Origin: Octopus sinensis
Lineage: Eukaryota
Direction: 5' to 3'
Length of the DNA stretch: 64,000 nt
Assembly: GCF_006345805.1 (NCBI RefSeq)
Contig: NC_043001.1
Location: 129,828,001 to 129,892,000, forward strand
Part shown: positions 12,617-24,920 of the stretch, piece after piece
Layout: each line of letters opens with the position of its first letter
Position numbering within the stretch: the stretch's first letter is position 1
Notes under the pieces: generated by a model
Databases searched by the model: none
What the model was told of the DNA's origin: nothing
What the model saw: the letters and a program-made list of their open reading frames with translations, nothing else
Position numbers and translations under genes: made by a program

Positions 12617-12977
12617 GTACTTGTACTTGTGGTTGAGTCGTCTTCTTCTACTCATGGAAGAAGTTTCGTGGGAATATGTGGATTTCACAAGCGATCCCCA
12701 ACAATCCTGCATGTGGAGACATCCTGTTTGCCATAGATTGTCCGCAGACACAGGGACAGAACGACCAAGGAGCTGCCGGTTGCCGAAGCAGACATTCCGA
12801 GGATTTTCACCAGAGCCCCGTCTGCCGGGTTGTGGCCCTAATACCACTCGGTGTCAGACCAATCCACCTTGGGTGGCCCTACCAAGAACTGAAGTTCCTG
12901 ACGGCATAGCTCTGACACTACCCATTGCCAGCATCCCCTCCATGGTGAGGAGGGGATGGACTTTGGGGATGTAGTTG
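12617..12977 (-). repeat. Unassigned GC-rich ~360-bp interspersed repeat, copy 1 (strand set by the ACAAGT tail)
   Basis: About 90% identical by eye to 24541-24920 in the opposite orientation; possible TSD TAATGAT (12610-12616 and 12978-12984). Confidence 0.8.
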
Positions 12978-13478
12978 TAATGATTCTATTTGTGGATACA
13001 ACTGAGTACAGTTGAAAGAGAATTCAAGAATGCTATAGATACAATAAACACACACATCATGCCTTGTCTTTCATTCCATGATGAAGTCGTAAGGTTACTA
13101 CTGAATCGTGTATGGTGAGCCTAGCCATTCTAAAACTTAGTGGAGCCAGTCTTTTACCAGGTCTAGCTCCAAAAGGAGAAAAAGAAGACACAAAGTAAGA
13201 ATACAAAAAGAGCAGAAAGTATCTGGTACTGGGACTTTATCGACACCATAAGAATGAAGAGTAAAGCGAAGCTCAGCAAAATTTGAACTCAGACCACTGC
13301 AAACCATAGTGCATTCAATCTGAGGCTTCTGGTTCTACAATGACAGTCAGTTTGTTGCATTACAGACACAAGCACAACTAACAATGTAATATAATAAATT
13401 TTTAATGACTTTCTGGAACAAGTGCAAAATATCATTTTTGCAATGTTGATAGTAAGTATGATAATATATATATTTTAT

Positions 13479-13709
13479 ATTTCTTTACTACCCACAAGGG
13501 GCTAAACACAGAGGGGACAAACAAGGACAGACAAACGGATTAAGTCGATTACATCGACCCCCAGTACGTAACTGGTACTTAATTTATCGACCCCGAAAGG
13601 ATGAAAGGCAAAGTCGACCTCGGCGGAATTTGAACCCAGAACGTAACGGCAGACGAAATACGGCTACGCATTTCGCCCAGTGTGCTAACGTTTCTGCCAG
13701 CTCGCCGCC
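13479..13709 (-). mobile_element. SINE family B, young full-length copy (~230 bp)
   Basis: Reverse complement begins GGCGGCGAGCTGGCAGAAAC, has a B-box-like GGGTTCAAATTCC and core GACTTTGCCTTTCATCCTTTCGGGGTCGATAAATTAAGTACCAG (resembles, from memory, the Deu/Nin-type SINE domain). Confidence 0.9.
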
Positions 13710-14362
13710 TTTATATATATATTATATGTGTTGTAAAGATTGTAATTGGTTCAGTTTTAACACAGGATCTTAGAAAATGATTTGATCTGAGATCCTGTGT
13801 TGAAACTGAAATAATTACATCATGAAAAAGTCATGCTATGTTTATTTAAAATCACACAATTGATGCTAATTAATAGTTTTTACAGTTACTTTCATTCATG
13901 GCTTCAAAGTATCTTCTACAATAAACTGTTTTGTTGTACTTCCGCAACTAGTTCTTTAACATAGTTCCACCGCATGACAGAAGCGTAGAGAAAATTTTGA
14001 ATACATTGAAATATATGATCCACCCATTTAGAAGCCATTACCTATAGAGATTACAGATGCACAGCAAAGTATGTTTCAAAAGTCAGCTATCCTGGTATCA
14101 CCTATCATCTCCCCAGGAATTGGGGGTTTTTTTTTTGTCCTTTGATAAGTTTTACTTCAAATCCTATAGGGGTGACCACCCACCCTCTTAAGCAAGTAAA
14201 CTGGTTAGAAGAATAAGTTTACACGCTAACCACCCGACCATAAGACAGATACCAGTGACAGGTATAAGCTGATCATCCCCCATTTAGTAATATGATAATA
14301 CAAATAAATACAAATACAAATAATACAAATAAACATGAGCTTCTGTATATTTTTTTTTAAAA

Positions 14363-14767
14363 GGCGCAGGAGTGGCTGTGTGGTAAATAGCTTGCTAACC
14401 AACCACATGGTTCCGGGTTCAGTCCCACTGCATGGCATCTTGGGCAAGTGTCTTCTGCTATAGCCCCGGGCCGACCAATGCCTTGTGAGTGGATTTGGTA
14501 GACGGAAACTGAAAGAAGCCTGTCGTATATATGTATATGTATATATATATGTGTGTGTGTGTTTGTCCCCCTAGCATTGCTTGACAGCCGATGCTGGTGT
14601 GTTTACATCCCCGTCACTTAGCGGTTCGGCAAAAGAGACCGATAGAATAAGTACTGGGCTTACAAAGAATAAGTTCCGGGGTCGATTTGCTCGACTAAAG
14701 GTGGTGCTCCAGCATGGCCGCAGTCAAATGACTGAAACAAGTAAAAGAGTAAAAGAGTAAAAAGAGT
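14363..14767 (+). mobile_element. SINE family A, young full-length copy (~400 bp, tRNA-derived)
   Basis: A-box TGGCTGTGTGG, B-box GGGTTCAGTCCC, CORE-like CTTGGGCAAGTGTCTT, internal (TA)(TG) tract, tail (GTAAAAGA)n. Confidence 0.92.
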
Positions 14768-15212
14768 ATAACACTATGGTAAAAAAAAACACTAAAAGGG
14801 TAAAAAAAAACCCTAAAAAGGTAAAAAAAGACCCCCACTAAAAATACAAACATAGCAGCAGCTTCAACAATGTCAATATCTACGCAAGGATGTTCAAAGC
14901 CATCTTAAAGGAAGAGCACACTAGGCAGTTCCTTGCCCCCTAAATACAAACCATGGTGTAACATTTGACTGAAAATGAAGTCACTGAGAAATCTTAGAAT
15001 CTGAATAAATATCCTAAATATTGCATTATACATAGACATAGGTATAACTGTCAGGCTAAGAAGTTTGCCTTCCAACTGTGAAGTTCAAGATTGTTTTACT
15101 ACTTGGCACCTTCGACAAGCTTATTCTTTTATAGCTTCCAGTCAATCAAAGACTTGTGAGTGGTTTTGGTAGAAGGAAGCTGAAATAAATCTGTCATATA
15201 GGTAGATGTTAG

Positions 15213-15442
15213 GGCGGCGAGCTGGCAGAACGTTAGCACGCTGGGCGAAATGCGTAGCTGTATTTCATCTGTTGTTACGTTCTGAGTTCAAATTCCGCCA
15301 AGGTCGACTTTGCCATTCATCATTTTGGTGTCGATAAATTAAGTACCAGTTACGCACTGGGGTCGATGTAATCGACTTAATCCATTTGTCTGTCCTTGTT
15401 TGTCCCCTCTGTGTTTAGTCCCTTGTGGGTAGTAAAGAAATA
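15213..15442 (+). mobile_element. SINE family B full-length copy with 15-bp TSD
   Basis: CATATAGGTAGATGT at 15195-15209 and 15443-15457; it follows a 5'-half A fragment (about 15037-15200). Confidence 0.92.
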
Positions 15443-15783
15443 CATATAGGTAGATGTATATATTTTGCAGGCATGGCTATGTGGTCAGAAGTTTTCTGCC
15501 CAACCACATGGTTCTTGTTTCTCTTTCAAAAATAACAAGAACCTATTTGACTTGCTAAATGTGGTTCCCAGTCTGGTATATTACAATGTTCTTGAAATAA
15601 ATTGCTTCTATGATATTATTTGCTAATGTATTTCTTTAATATTTAGGCCTTGAATATTTTTTAAACAATTTTAATGGGTTTAAAAAACGAATATTTTAAA
15701 AACAATGAAAAGATACACAATTTTAATGTGTATTACATACAGTTTGATTAGTGAGGTTTTAATTATAGATTGTTATATACAGT

Positions 15784-15921
15784 AGGCACAAATATGGTTG
15801 TGTGGTTAAGAAGTTTACTTTCCAACCACATGGTTTCATGTTCAGTCCCACTGCATGGCACCTAGGGTTAACAAAGCCTTGTGAGTGGATTTGGTAGATG
15901 GAAACTGAAAGATGCCCATCT

Positions 15922-15962
<41 letters not shown>

Positions 15963-16155
15963 TCTGTTTGGCCTCCACTACCACTTGACAACTGGTGTTT
16001 GTGTTCCAGTAACTTAGCAGTTTGGCAAAAGTGACTGAAAGAATAAGCATTAGGTTTAAGAATAATGAGTACTGAGCTGAACTGACTAAATTCTTCAAGG
16101 CAATGCCCCAGAATGGCCACAGTCCAGTGACTGAAACATGTAAAAGATAACAGAT
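15784..16155 (+). mobile_element. SINE family A, diverged copy
   Basis: Collinear with 14363, with an internal deletion and an AAAAGATA-type tail. Confidence 0.8.
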
Positions 16156-18068
16156 AAATAATAAAAATATACCTCTGTTATTAACAACATGAAATAATTA
16201 AATTCGTTAGTTTTTTTTTTTTCTTTTTTTAATTTAGATCACTAGATAAGTGACTTAGTAAAATGGCTCAGTTAGGTCTTTCTGCAATAAGCCCCCAAAA
16301 TCATCTCACATGGAAAATAAAAATTTGATAAATAAATAAATAAAAAAAGTAATATTACAAAAATCCAAAAACTGAATCAGTTTCCTCTCTGTTCTTGAAA
16401 TCAAATTACATTAACAACATCCCTACCTACACCAATACTTTTTAATTCCCTTTCTTTTGGTTAAAACTTTATTTCTATGTCTTTTAATGTTTTCAGCCAG
16501 TAAATCATGCATGACGTCGTCAAGGCTGATCAGAGGAAATGGGTTACACAAATCGATTTGGTTTAACTGTTGAAGTTAGGAAATCCTATCGTGAATTTGT
16601 TCTTACCTAGGTTACTATGTTCATAATCACGTCAACTTAAGTTGCTCCTATACAATTTGATCCTTATCAGGCGGGTTTTAATATAATCTAAGTAAAATAA
16701 CAGTTGGTGATTCATTTTTGCATGTAAGGAAGAACAGGGGTAGGTTAGGACTTTTATTCCCATCCCCCCATTTTTTCCTTACTAAAAACAAAAATAATGA
16801 AATAAAGAAATTATAGTAAAATATCAGGATTAATTAAAAAAGCTAATAATCTTAGAATTGGTTGAACTTAACAAGATTAAAATAGGAATATGAGGATCTA
16901 TCATATGAAAATGTAATTCAGCTTCATCTACAATCTACCCTTTTCTCCAGATAACAACATGATTACTATATTAGTAAGTCCACAACAATCTACTAATGCC
17001 TCCTTTTAAGGCTTCTGTTGCTAATCTTATTATATACCCAGATGATTTGGAGTTTGCTTAATGGATTCGGATTCAAATTTCAACTTTCCGTTCTAATCAT
17101 GTATTTTTTTAAATTTTTATTTTTGGCTTTCTTCATTTTTGTTTTTATTAAATAGGATTTGTAACAATGTAAAATAAAAAGAGAGGAGGGAAAGAAAAGC
17201 TTATCTTTAAAATTTTACATTTTAAAAATAAGAACTGAATGTCTTATAAATACGCTGAGAATGTCAGTTTGGTCTGTTCTTGGGACAAAGCATAATTGTT
17301 TCATACTAAAAACATAAAGAAGAAAATGAAGCAATGGAGGAAAACACAGAAATGATAATATATGTAAATTTTGTTTCTTTTGAGATAAAAAAAACCCAAA
17401 AAAACTATTACCTAATAAAACGTTAAATTATTTTTCCTGTTAAGCTTTTATTAGAAAATTGTATCTTTCACTAATTTCTTCCTTGAATAAAAGATTTTGC
17501 GCAAGATCAATGGATGGAGAAACATTGGTTTAAAGTGAGGTAAAGTGTTATTATCTATCTCGGCAACAACAAAGTCTAATCGCACTTCAATAAATCTTTT
17601 AATATTCCAATAAGTGTCTAAATAAATTGAATGCATTTGTGGGTATTTTACCTAAGTATGTGTCTGTATGTATATGTTGTAGATGGTATAGTGCTCATCA
17701 CAAATATTCAAATAATATTTCAGTTTGTCTATGCGATTAAGTGAGTGATGAACATGTATTAATAAATTTCAAGAAACCACATCTCATTAAATTAATTGCT
17801 TGTAATATTAGTCATCAAAATTTAAAATTAGACTCTAGATAAATAGTTCTGAGCCTTTTCTACATGACAAATCCTTTTAGATTTTTTCAAGTTTTGACCC
17901 TCATCATATAAAAAAAAACAATACATTAGAAAGATGTCGTTTAATATCAACTATTGAATGACATGAAAGATACATTTTTGTGACCACAAATAAAATACAG
18001 AGGAGAAGAATTTTTACAAGCACAAAGTAAAAGCTTGATAGACCTTTAACTTGTGAAAATTCAGCCTA

Positions 18069-18340
18069 TCATCATCATCATCCTCGTTTAACATCCGCTT
18101 TCCATGCTAGCATGGGTTGGATGTATGACTGAGGGCTGGCGAACCAGATGGCTGCACCAGGCTTCAATCTTAATCTGGCAGAGTTTCTACAGCTGGAGGC
18201 TCTTCCTAACACCAACCACTCCGAGAGTGTAGTGGGTGCTTTTACGTGCCACCAGCACGGGGCCAGTCAGGCGGCACTGGCAACGACCTCACTCAAATCT
18301 TTTACACATGTCACAGGCACGGGTGCCAGTAAGGCTGCCT
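18069..18340 (-). mobile_element. RTE-type 3' end fragment with (TGA)n tail
   Basis: Matches the 3' end of the RTE at 39577 (CCATGCTAGCATGGGTTGG, CTTCCTAACACCAACCACTCC). Confidence 0.8.
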
Positions 18341-19115
18341 CCAATAACAGTCAAGTAAGTTTAAAAGTAAAATTGTTAGCAACAATCAGTATTTTAAGTA
18401 GAAATCATAATCCTTGAAAGAATCAGAAATGTATGAAAATGTATCTTTTTTTGAACTGATTTTGTATTTGGTTGATTTCTCTTCTAAAGAGAATACAGGT
18501 TTGGAAAACTGCTACCAAACTACTAGATGTTCTTTTCTTTCTTTTGTGTGTGTGTGTGTGTAATACTTACACATCTTCTATGTCCCTTTGCCCCATGAAC
18601 AAAACCTTATACTCAACTAGTATTCTAATGGTGCAATCATTTCACCAAAGCATTTTCCTTTCTTGCAAAAACAACTAATATCATTTCTCAGTTACTACAT
18701 GTTTAAGCCTTACTACATCAACCTACTTGTAACTGACCCTTGCGCTATGTTACCAACTGACCCCCAAACTATTTACATTTTAAATTGAAGTCACCAGCAA
18801 AATCTCATACCAAAAATAATTCGAAGTTTCAGAAGGGAAATTCAACAATTTGATGTAAGAAGCTTTACACTAAATTGTATTCCAAACATCAGCTTAACTC
18901 TCTTGAGATGAGGCTGACAAATGCTTCCATGCTGAAGATGACTGAGCCACAAGATGATATTTTCTTAAGATTCTCATAAAATAATAAATAAATGTGCCCT
19001 TTTAAAGCCTAGCCAGGCTCATGAGCCCGGTTTCCTGGTTTCAAGATTGGAGCCTGATGCAGCCATCTGGTTTCACTTGTCCCCAGTCAAATCGTCCAAC
19101 CCACGCTAGCTTGGA

Positions 19116-19488
19116 AAGCGAACGTTAAATGATGATGATGATGATAGCAAAGTACACATATTCTTAAGGAGACCAACCCTTTCTCCTTTTTTGTACAGTT
19201 CATCTTTCAATCTTCCAAAGGTTAATATACCAATATATGAAGTGGACGTTAAATGATGATGATGATAGCAAAGTACATATATTCTTAAGGAGACCAACCC
19301 TTTCTCCTTTTTTGTACAGTTCATCTTTCAATCTTCCAAAGGTTAATATACCAATATATGAAGCGGACGTTAAATGATGATGATGATGATGATAGCAAAG
19401 AACATATATTCTTAAGGAGACCAACCCTTTCTCCTTTTTTTGTACAGTTCATCTTTCAATCTTCCAAAGGTTAATATACCAATATATG
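19116..19488 (+). repeat. Tandem triplication, units of 124/121/128 bp
   Basis: Units start at 19116, 19240 and 19361; each is AAGCGGACGTTAAA(TGA)n plus ~90 bp unique sequence ending CCAATATATG. Confidence 0.95.
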
Positions 19489-20193
19489 AAAAAGTTTCAG
19501 TTAATTTAGTAAACCCTTCCTAATTATTCATAATTTTGAAAATTAACTGAAACACATAGGCAGTGTATTATATTCTTTTTTAGAAACATGGTCACGAAAG
19601 GCCTATATTGATTTTATTGCACACATTCATTTTATGAAACTACTGACACGCACTCTTCAACATCTCAATTCTATGAAATCCATCAACCTCTACTCATCTT
19701 ATTTCATTCTTTCTGCTATCAAACAACTGTCTTAGATGTCATCAAGAGAAGAGGTTTTGAATGGTTCTTTTATTCATTCCACACATCAACCAATAAGTTA
19801 CTAATGACATTTTCATCATCATTAATTAAATCATTTGAATACTACAAATGAATTATGCAATAAAAACATGTTTTGTATATAATTATTTGTATTTTCTTTG
19901 CTTCTCTCTCAACTTAATGATGTAATTTTTTTTAAAAAATGGATCTGTTATCAACTTTGAGCTCATATATTACTTTTCATTAGGTGGAGGTCACTTCTGA
20001 TTAAAACATCATTGGGGGAAAATATAAATTCTAAATTTATAAAAGGAAATGCTTCAGCTTTCGGTGTTCTTGAATTATTCGTCACATGACTGAAATAAAT
20101 TACTGTTTTCTGACTTATCCCACTAGAGTTTAGTTTTCTGCAACAGCTAGAGAAGCTTGTACCAAGATTTGTCATCAATGGTATGTAATCGAT

Positions 20194-20620
20194 TACTCTT
20201 TTACTCTTTTACCTGTTTCAGCCATTTGCCTGCGGCCATGCTGGAGCACCGCCTTTAGTCGAGCAAATCGTCCCCAGGACTTATTCTTTGTAAGCCCAGT
20301 ACTTATTCTATCGGTGTCTTTTGCTGAACCGCTAAGTTACGGGGAACATAAAAACACCAGCATCGGTTGTTAAGCGATGTTGGTGGGGGGACAAACACAG
20401 ACACACAAACACACACACACATATATATATATATACATACATATATACAACGGGCTTCTTTCAGTTTCCGTCTACCAAATTCACTCACAAGGCTTTGGTC
20501 GACCTGAGGCTATAGTAGAAGACACTTGCCCAAGGTGCCATGCAGTGGGACTGAACCCAGAACCATGTGGTTCGTAAGCAAGCTACTTACCACACAGCCA
20601 CTTACCACACAGCCACTCCT
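20194..20620 (-). mobile_element. SINE family A full-length copy
   Basis: Reverse complement of the 14363 type; 15-bp tandem duplication TTACCACACAGCCAC in the head. Confidence 0.9.
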
Positions 20621-20808
20621 TAACACAACTAGAACTGAAATGTGGTTACGTCTTATTGACATTCAAAATCATATTAATCTCACATGCATATGCATGCACA
20701 CACACACACACACATACATGCACACAGTATAATAGCTAGTTTCTTGTAGATTTAACCTAAAAACATAATAGTTTTTCCATCTTGCCCTCAGGTCGACCAA
20801 ATATCTTT

Positions 20809-21330
20809 TGAGGGCAAGGTGGAAAAAGTTCCAGGAGCTATGACATCTGTTGACAACAAGGTGTTTCTGTTTCCAAACGAAAGGCAAATTGTATGATGCT
20901 TGTGTGCAGAATGTGGTACTGCATGGTAGCAAAACATAGTTACTGAATGCAGTGGATGTATAAGGCTAGAATAAAGATGAAGCAAGCAAACTCTGTTAAA
21001 TGTGTAATGTTAACATGTATGAACAATGTAGTATGAGTAAACTTTGAAAGAAAAAAAACCATGTATTAAGGGAATCAACTATAACAGTCATAAGAGAAAA
21101 CTGAATTGGTACGGAGACACGGCATAGAGCTGGGTTACAGTTAGATGAAGGATGACAGTTGGGTGGAGACGATTAAGAAACCCAAGTAGAAGAAGCATGT
21201 GGAAGATAACAACCAAAGGAGCCATAGGAGAACATGCAGTATGTGGTGAGACACTATACTGAAGCAGATCACTCCAACCCAGCATGGAATATCAGACAAA
21301 ATAGTGACGAGGGTAATGAAAACTGTAGCA
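20809..21330 (+). mobile_element. Decayed RTE-clade LINE, RT C-terminal region
   Basis: Translation across indels gives RWKKFQE, KGKLYDACVQNVVLHGSKT, LNWYG and EEACGR, matching the RTE motifs seen intact at 40188-40526. Confidence 0.7.
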
Positions 21331-22063
21331 GCTGTATTATAGAAATTATATAAATCAGGCATGGCTGTGTGGTAAGAAGCTTGCTTCCCAACCACACAGC
21401 TTGCTTCCCAAGTTCAGTCCCACTGCGTGGCACCTTGGGCAAAAGTCTTCTATGATAGCCTTGGGCCAACCAAAGCCTTGGTAGGTGGAAACTGAAAGTT
21501 TGTGAAGAGAATTTATGATTTAATCTTTACAAATATCTGGAAATACATTTTATACATATCTGAAAAACAAATGAGCAAGATATTTTTATGATTGCTTCAT
21601 TTTATAGCAGGTTAATCCCTTTGACAGTTTCCACAGGTCTAATAAAGTAATTCAGTTAACTTTGCATCCATTCATGAAATTATAAAGAATATCATGTTCT
21701 TGCATATTTGAAGTATCAGAAGATTTTCAGGTTCTCCAAGTGTCTCCATATTCAAAGGAAACAGAATAGAGAAATTCAAGAATGAATAGTTCTGCACAGT
21801 AATACATTTTATGAGTTGCTCTGGAGGAAGAGGTTTGTACCCATGGCTTTTACAAACCCTCCAAGACAGGTGAGATAAAAGGTGTATCTCAAGAACAACT
21901 GGAAACAAGGAAAGAATTTCAGTGAACTGACATTCTGGGAAGCAAGGAAGTGTGGTCAACGCAAGGCCTGGGAGATGGACATTAATATGAGAGATGAGAA
22001 GAGGTAAAGTAAATCAGCTTAACAGGAAGTGGTATATGAGCAAATAGCTCTGAGATATGTGAA

Positions 22064-22444
22064 AGCACTCCGTCGGTTACGACGATGAGGGTTCCGGTTG
22101 ATCCGAATCAACGGAACAGCCTGCTCGTGAAATTAACGTGTAAGTGGCTGAGCACTCCACAGACACGTGCACCCTTAACGTAGTTCTCGGGGATATTCAG
22201 CGTGACACAGAGAGTGACAAGGCCGACCCTTTGAAATACAGGTACAACAGAAACAGGAAGTAAGAGTGAGAGAAAGTTGTGGTGAAAGAGTACAGCAGGG
22301 ATCACCACCATCCCCTGCCGGAGCCTCGAGGAGCTTTTAGGTGTTTTCGCTCAATAAACACTCACAACGCCCGGTCTGGGAATCGAAACCGCAATCCTAT
22401 GACCGCTAGTCCGCTGCCCTAACCACTGGGCCATTGCGCCTCCA
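22064..22444 (-). mobile_element. SINE family C (tRNA-derived), full length, 11-bp TSD
   Basis: Head GGAGGCGCAATGGCCCAGTGGTTAGGGCAG with B-box GGTTTCGATTCC; TSD CTCTGAGATAT at 22048-22058 and 22448-22458. Confidence 0.92.
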
Positions 22445-22612
22445 CTCCTCTGAGATATATAAACAATGGCAGTAGTGTTAGAAAAGACAAAGTGAGGTGA
22501 CAGTATGTCTGTGGGCCAAAGATTGGAGCATGTCTAGATCCTGCAGAGATGGAATATGTTTGCAGAAAGTTGATACTCCAAAAGTTCACTCCTATTGTAT
22601 ATCTAAAATATA

Positions 22613-22842
22613 TATTTCTTTACTACCCACAAGGGGCTAAACATAGAGGGGACAAACAAGAACAGACAAAGGGATTAAGTCGATTATATCGACCCAGTGC
22701 GAAACTGGTACTTTATTTATCGACCTCGAGAGGATGAAAGGTAAAGTCGACCACGGCGAAATTTGAACTCAGAACGTAACGACAGACAAAATACCGCTAA
22801 GCATTTCGTCCGGCGCTCTAACGTTTCTGCCAGCTCGCCGCC
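22613..22842 (-). mobile_element. SINE family B full-length copy
   Basis: Collinear with 13479-13709. Confidence 0.9.
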
Positions 22843-23314
22843 TTATATAGTGCTAATTCACAATTTTAGTATGATTTTTCAAAGATGGTGGCATACGATT
22901 ACTACAAGACAGCTACTTATATTTCTATAATATTTTGCTAGGAAGAACTAAGGTAAATGAAATTTACAAGAAAGAAGTGTAAAGTTAATTGTGCTAGTTT
23001 TGAAATAATTAAGAAAACTTAAAGAAGGATGTCAAAAAGAAGGTGTCAAATTTATAAATGAAGACATAATTTTGTAATCAATTGGCTTCACCTAAAGTTC
23101 ATTAAATTTTGTAGCTGATTGGTAAATAAATTTCAATTTAAGTTTCAGTTCTTGTTTTATATCTATAGGCACAGGTGTGACTATATGGTTGAGAAGTCTG
23201 CTTCCCAACCATGATTTCAGGTTCTTCTACAATAGCACTGGCCCTACCAAAGCCTTCTGAGTGGATTAGGTAGATGGAAACTGAAAGAAGCCTGTTGTGT
23301 ATATATATATATAT

Positions 23315-23589
23315 TTTTTTTTTCCGACCAGCCTATCAGATGTTGCTACACAATGCGCTTTGCATTGTTTTAGCCTTCAAATGATGCCACCCCACTGGCT
23401 GAGCGAGCAGGCCTACAGAAGAAAGAGTGAGAGAAATTTGTGGCGAAAGAGTACAGCAGGGATCGCCACCACCCCCTGCTGGAGCCTCGTGGAGCTTTAG
23501 GTGTTTTCGCTCAATAAACACTCACAACGCTCAGTCTGGGAATCAAAACTGCGAGTCCGCTGCCCTAACCACTGGGCCATTGCGCCTCC
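23315..23589 (-). mobile_element. SINE with C head and a different, poly(A)-ended tail
   Basis: About 23430-23589 matches the C head; 23315-23430 is unrelated to the standard C tail. Confidence 0.8.
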
Positions 23590-23674
23590 ACGTATATATA
23601 TACATACATATATATATATATTTATTTATTTATATATATATGATGAACTCTCCTATCAAAGATGATGTATGAGT

Positions 23675-23925
23675 GCTCAACCTTTGCTGAACGACCTGCA
23701 CAGATGATTTGTTTATAGTGATATCAAATGTATATGCTATACATTAGTTCACTCCCTCTATCAAATCGATGTTGCCTAAACAAGTACATGGTGTACCATG
23801 CACCAGGTGATCACAGAGCAACGTGAGATGAAGTGATTTGCTGAAGAATACAATGCACCACCCAAGTCTAGGAATTGAAACCATGATTTCGTGATCATGA
23901 AAGCAACACTCTAACCACTAGGCCA
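23675..23925 (-). mobile_element. SINE with D-type head, diverged
   Basis: Reverse complement TGGCCTAGTGGTTAGAGTGTTG...GGTTTCAATTCCTAGAC...TGTATTCTTCAGCAAATCACTT. Confidence 0.65.
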
Positions 23926-24108
23926 TATATATATCAAAAGATGTGCTATAACACTATTCCACATATACAAAAACAGCCATACCATCAATCCAACATACCT
24001 CCATCATCAGCTGCCCCACGGATATCATTATGGTTTCGACACCTGGGCAGTACCATTCAATTCGGTGGTGTCAACAGCACTAAAATAAGTGCTCTCTCTC
24101 TCTCTCTG

Positions 24109-24151
<43 letters not shown>

Positions 24152-24540
24152 TATATAATAGTATGAGGGAATATTATTCCAAACTTGCAGGGAAAAATTC
24201 AAAATATAATATAAATAAAAAAAATAAATAGATAAATAGATAAATAAGCATATATTACATACCTGGGATAAATATAAGATATAGAGATAGATAAAATAAA
24301 TAAAATCAAATGGTATAATTTAATTTTTCATTATTGAATTGATAAAAGGTGTTTTTTTTAAATTTCTATATATGTATACATGCCCTTTATATAAATTTAT
24401 TTATTTATTTTATCTATCTCTATATCTTATATTTATCCCAGGTATGTGATATATGCTTATTTATCTATTTATATATTTATTTTTTTCATACATCTATCCC
24501 CATTTCTCATAAGTATCACAGGTGTCCCCAAAGTCCATTG

Positions 24541-24920
24541 CATCCCCAAAGTCCATCCCCTCCTCACCGTGGTTGGAATGCTGGCAATGGGTAGTATCAG
24601 AGCTATACTGTCGGGAACTTCGGTTCGTGGTAGGGCTACCCAAAGCAGATTGGTCTGACACTGAGTGATATTAGGGCCACAACCCGGCAGACGGGGCTCT
24701 GGTGAAAATCCTTGGAGTGTCTGCTTCAGCAACCGGTGGCTCCTCGGTCGTTCTGTCCCTGCGTCTGCGGACAATCTGTGGCAAACAGGATGTCTCCATA
24801 TGCGGGATTGTTGGGGACCGCTTGTGAAATCCACATATTCCCACAAAACTTCTTCCATGGTAGAAGAAGCCGACTCAACCCGCCCAAGATGAATGTCGCC
24901 ACAAGTAAAGTACAAGTACA
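24541..24920 (+). repeat. Unassigned GC-rich repeat, copy 2
   Basis: Inverted homologue of 12617-12977; ends ACAAGTAAAGTACAAGTACA. Confidence 0.8.

Noticed and set aside
12612-12974. 120-aa and 148-aa ORFs shared by the two GC-rich repeat copies as a real gene pair
   Set aside because: Differences are mostly non-synonymous CpG transitions, consistent with neutral decay; kept only as a repeat.
19116-19488. CRISPR-like regular spacing
   Set aside because: The intervening sequence is repeated too (no unique spacers), and the context is eukaryotic.
20377-20577. Recurrent peptides such as DRLLSVSVYQIHSQG and SGTEPGTMWLVSKLL that look like a gene family
   Set aside because: All overlap SINE A copies; the similarity is the repeat itself.
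22370-22444. tRNA-like sequences with A/B boxes
   Set aside because: They are SINE heads with no complete cloverleaf, each continuing into a SINE body; not called as tRNA genes.
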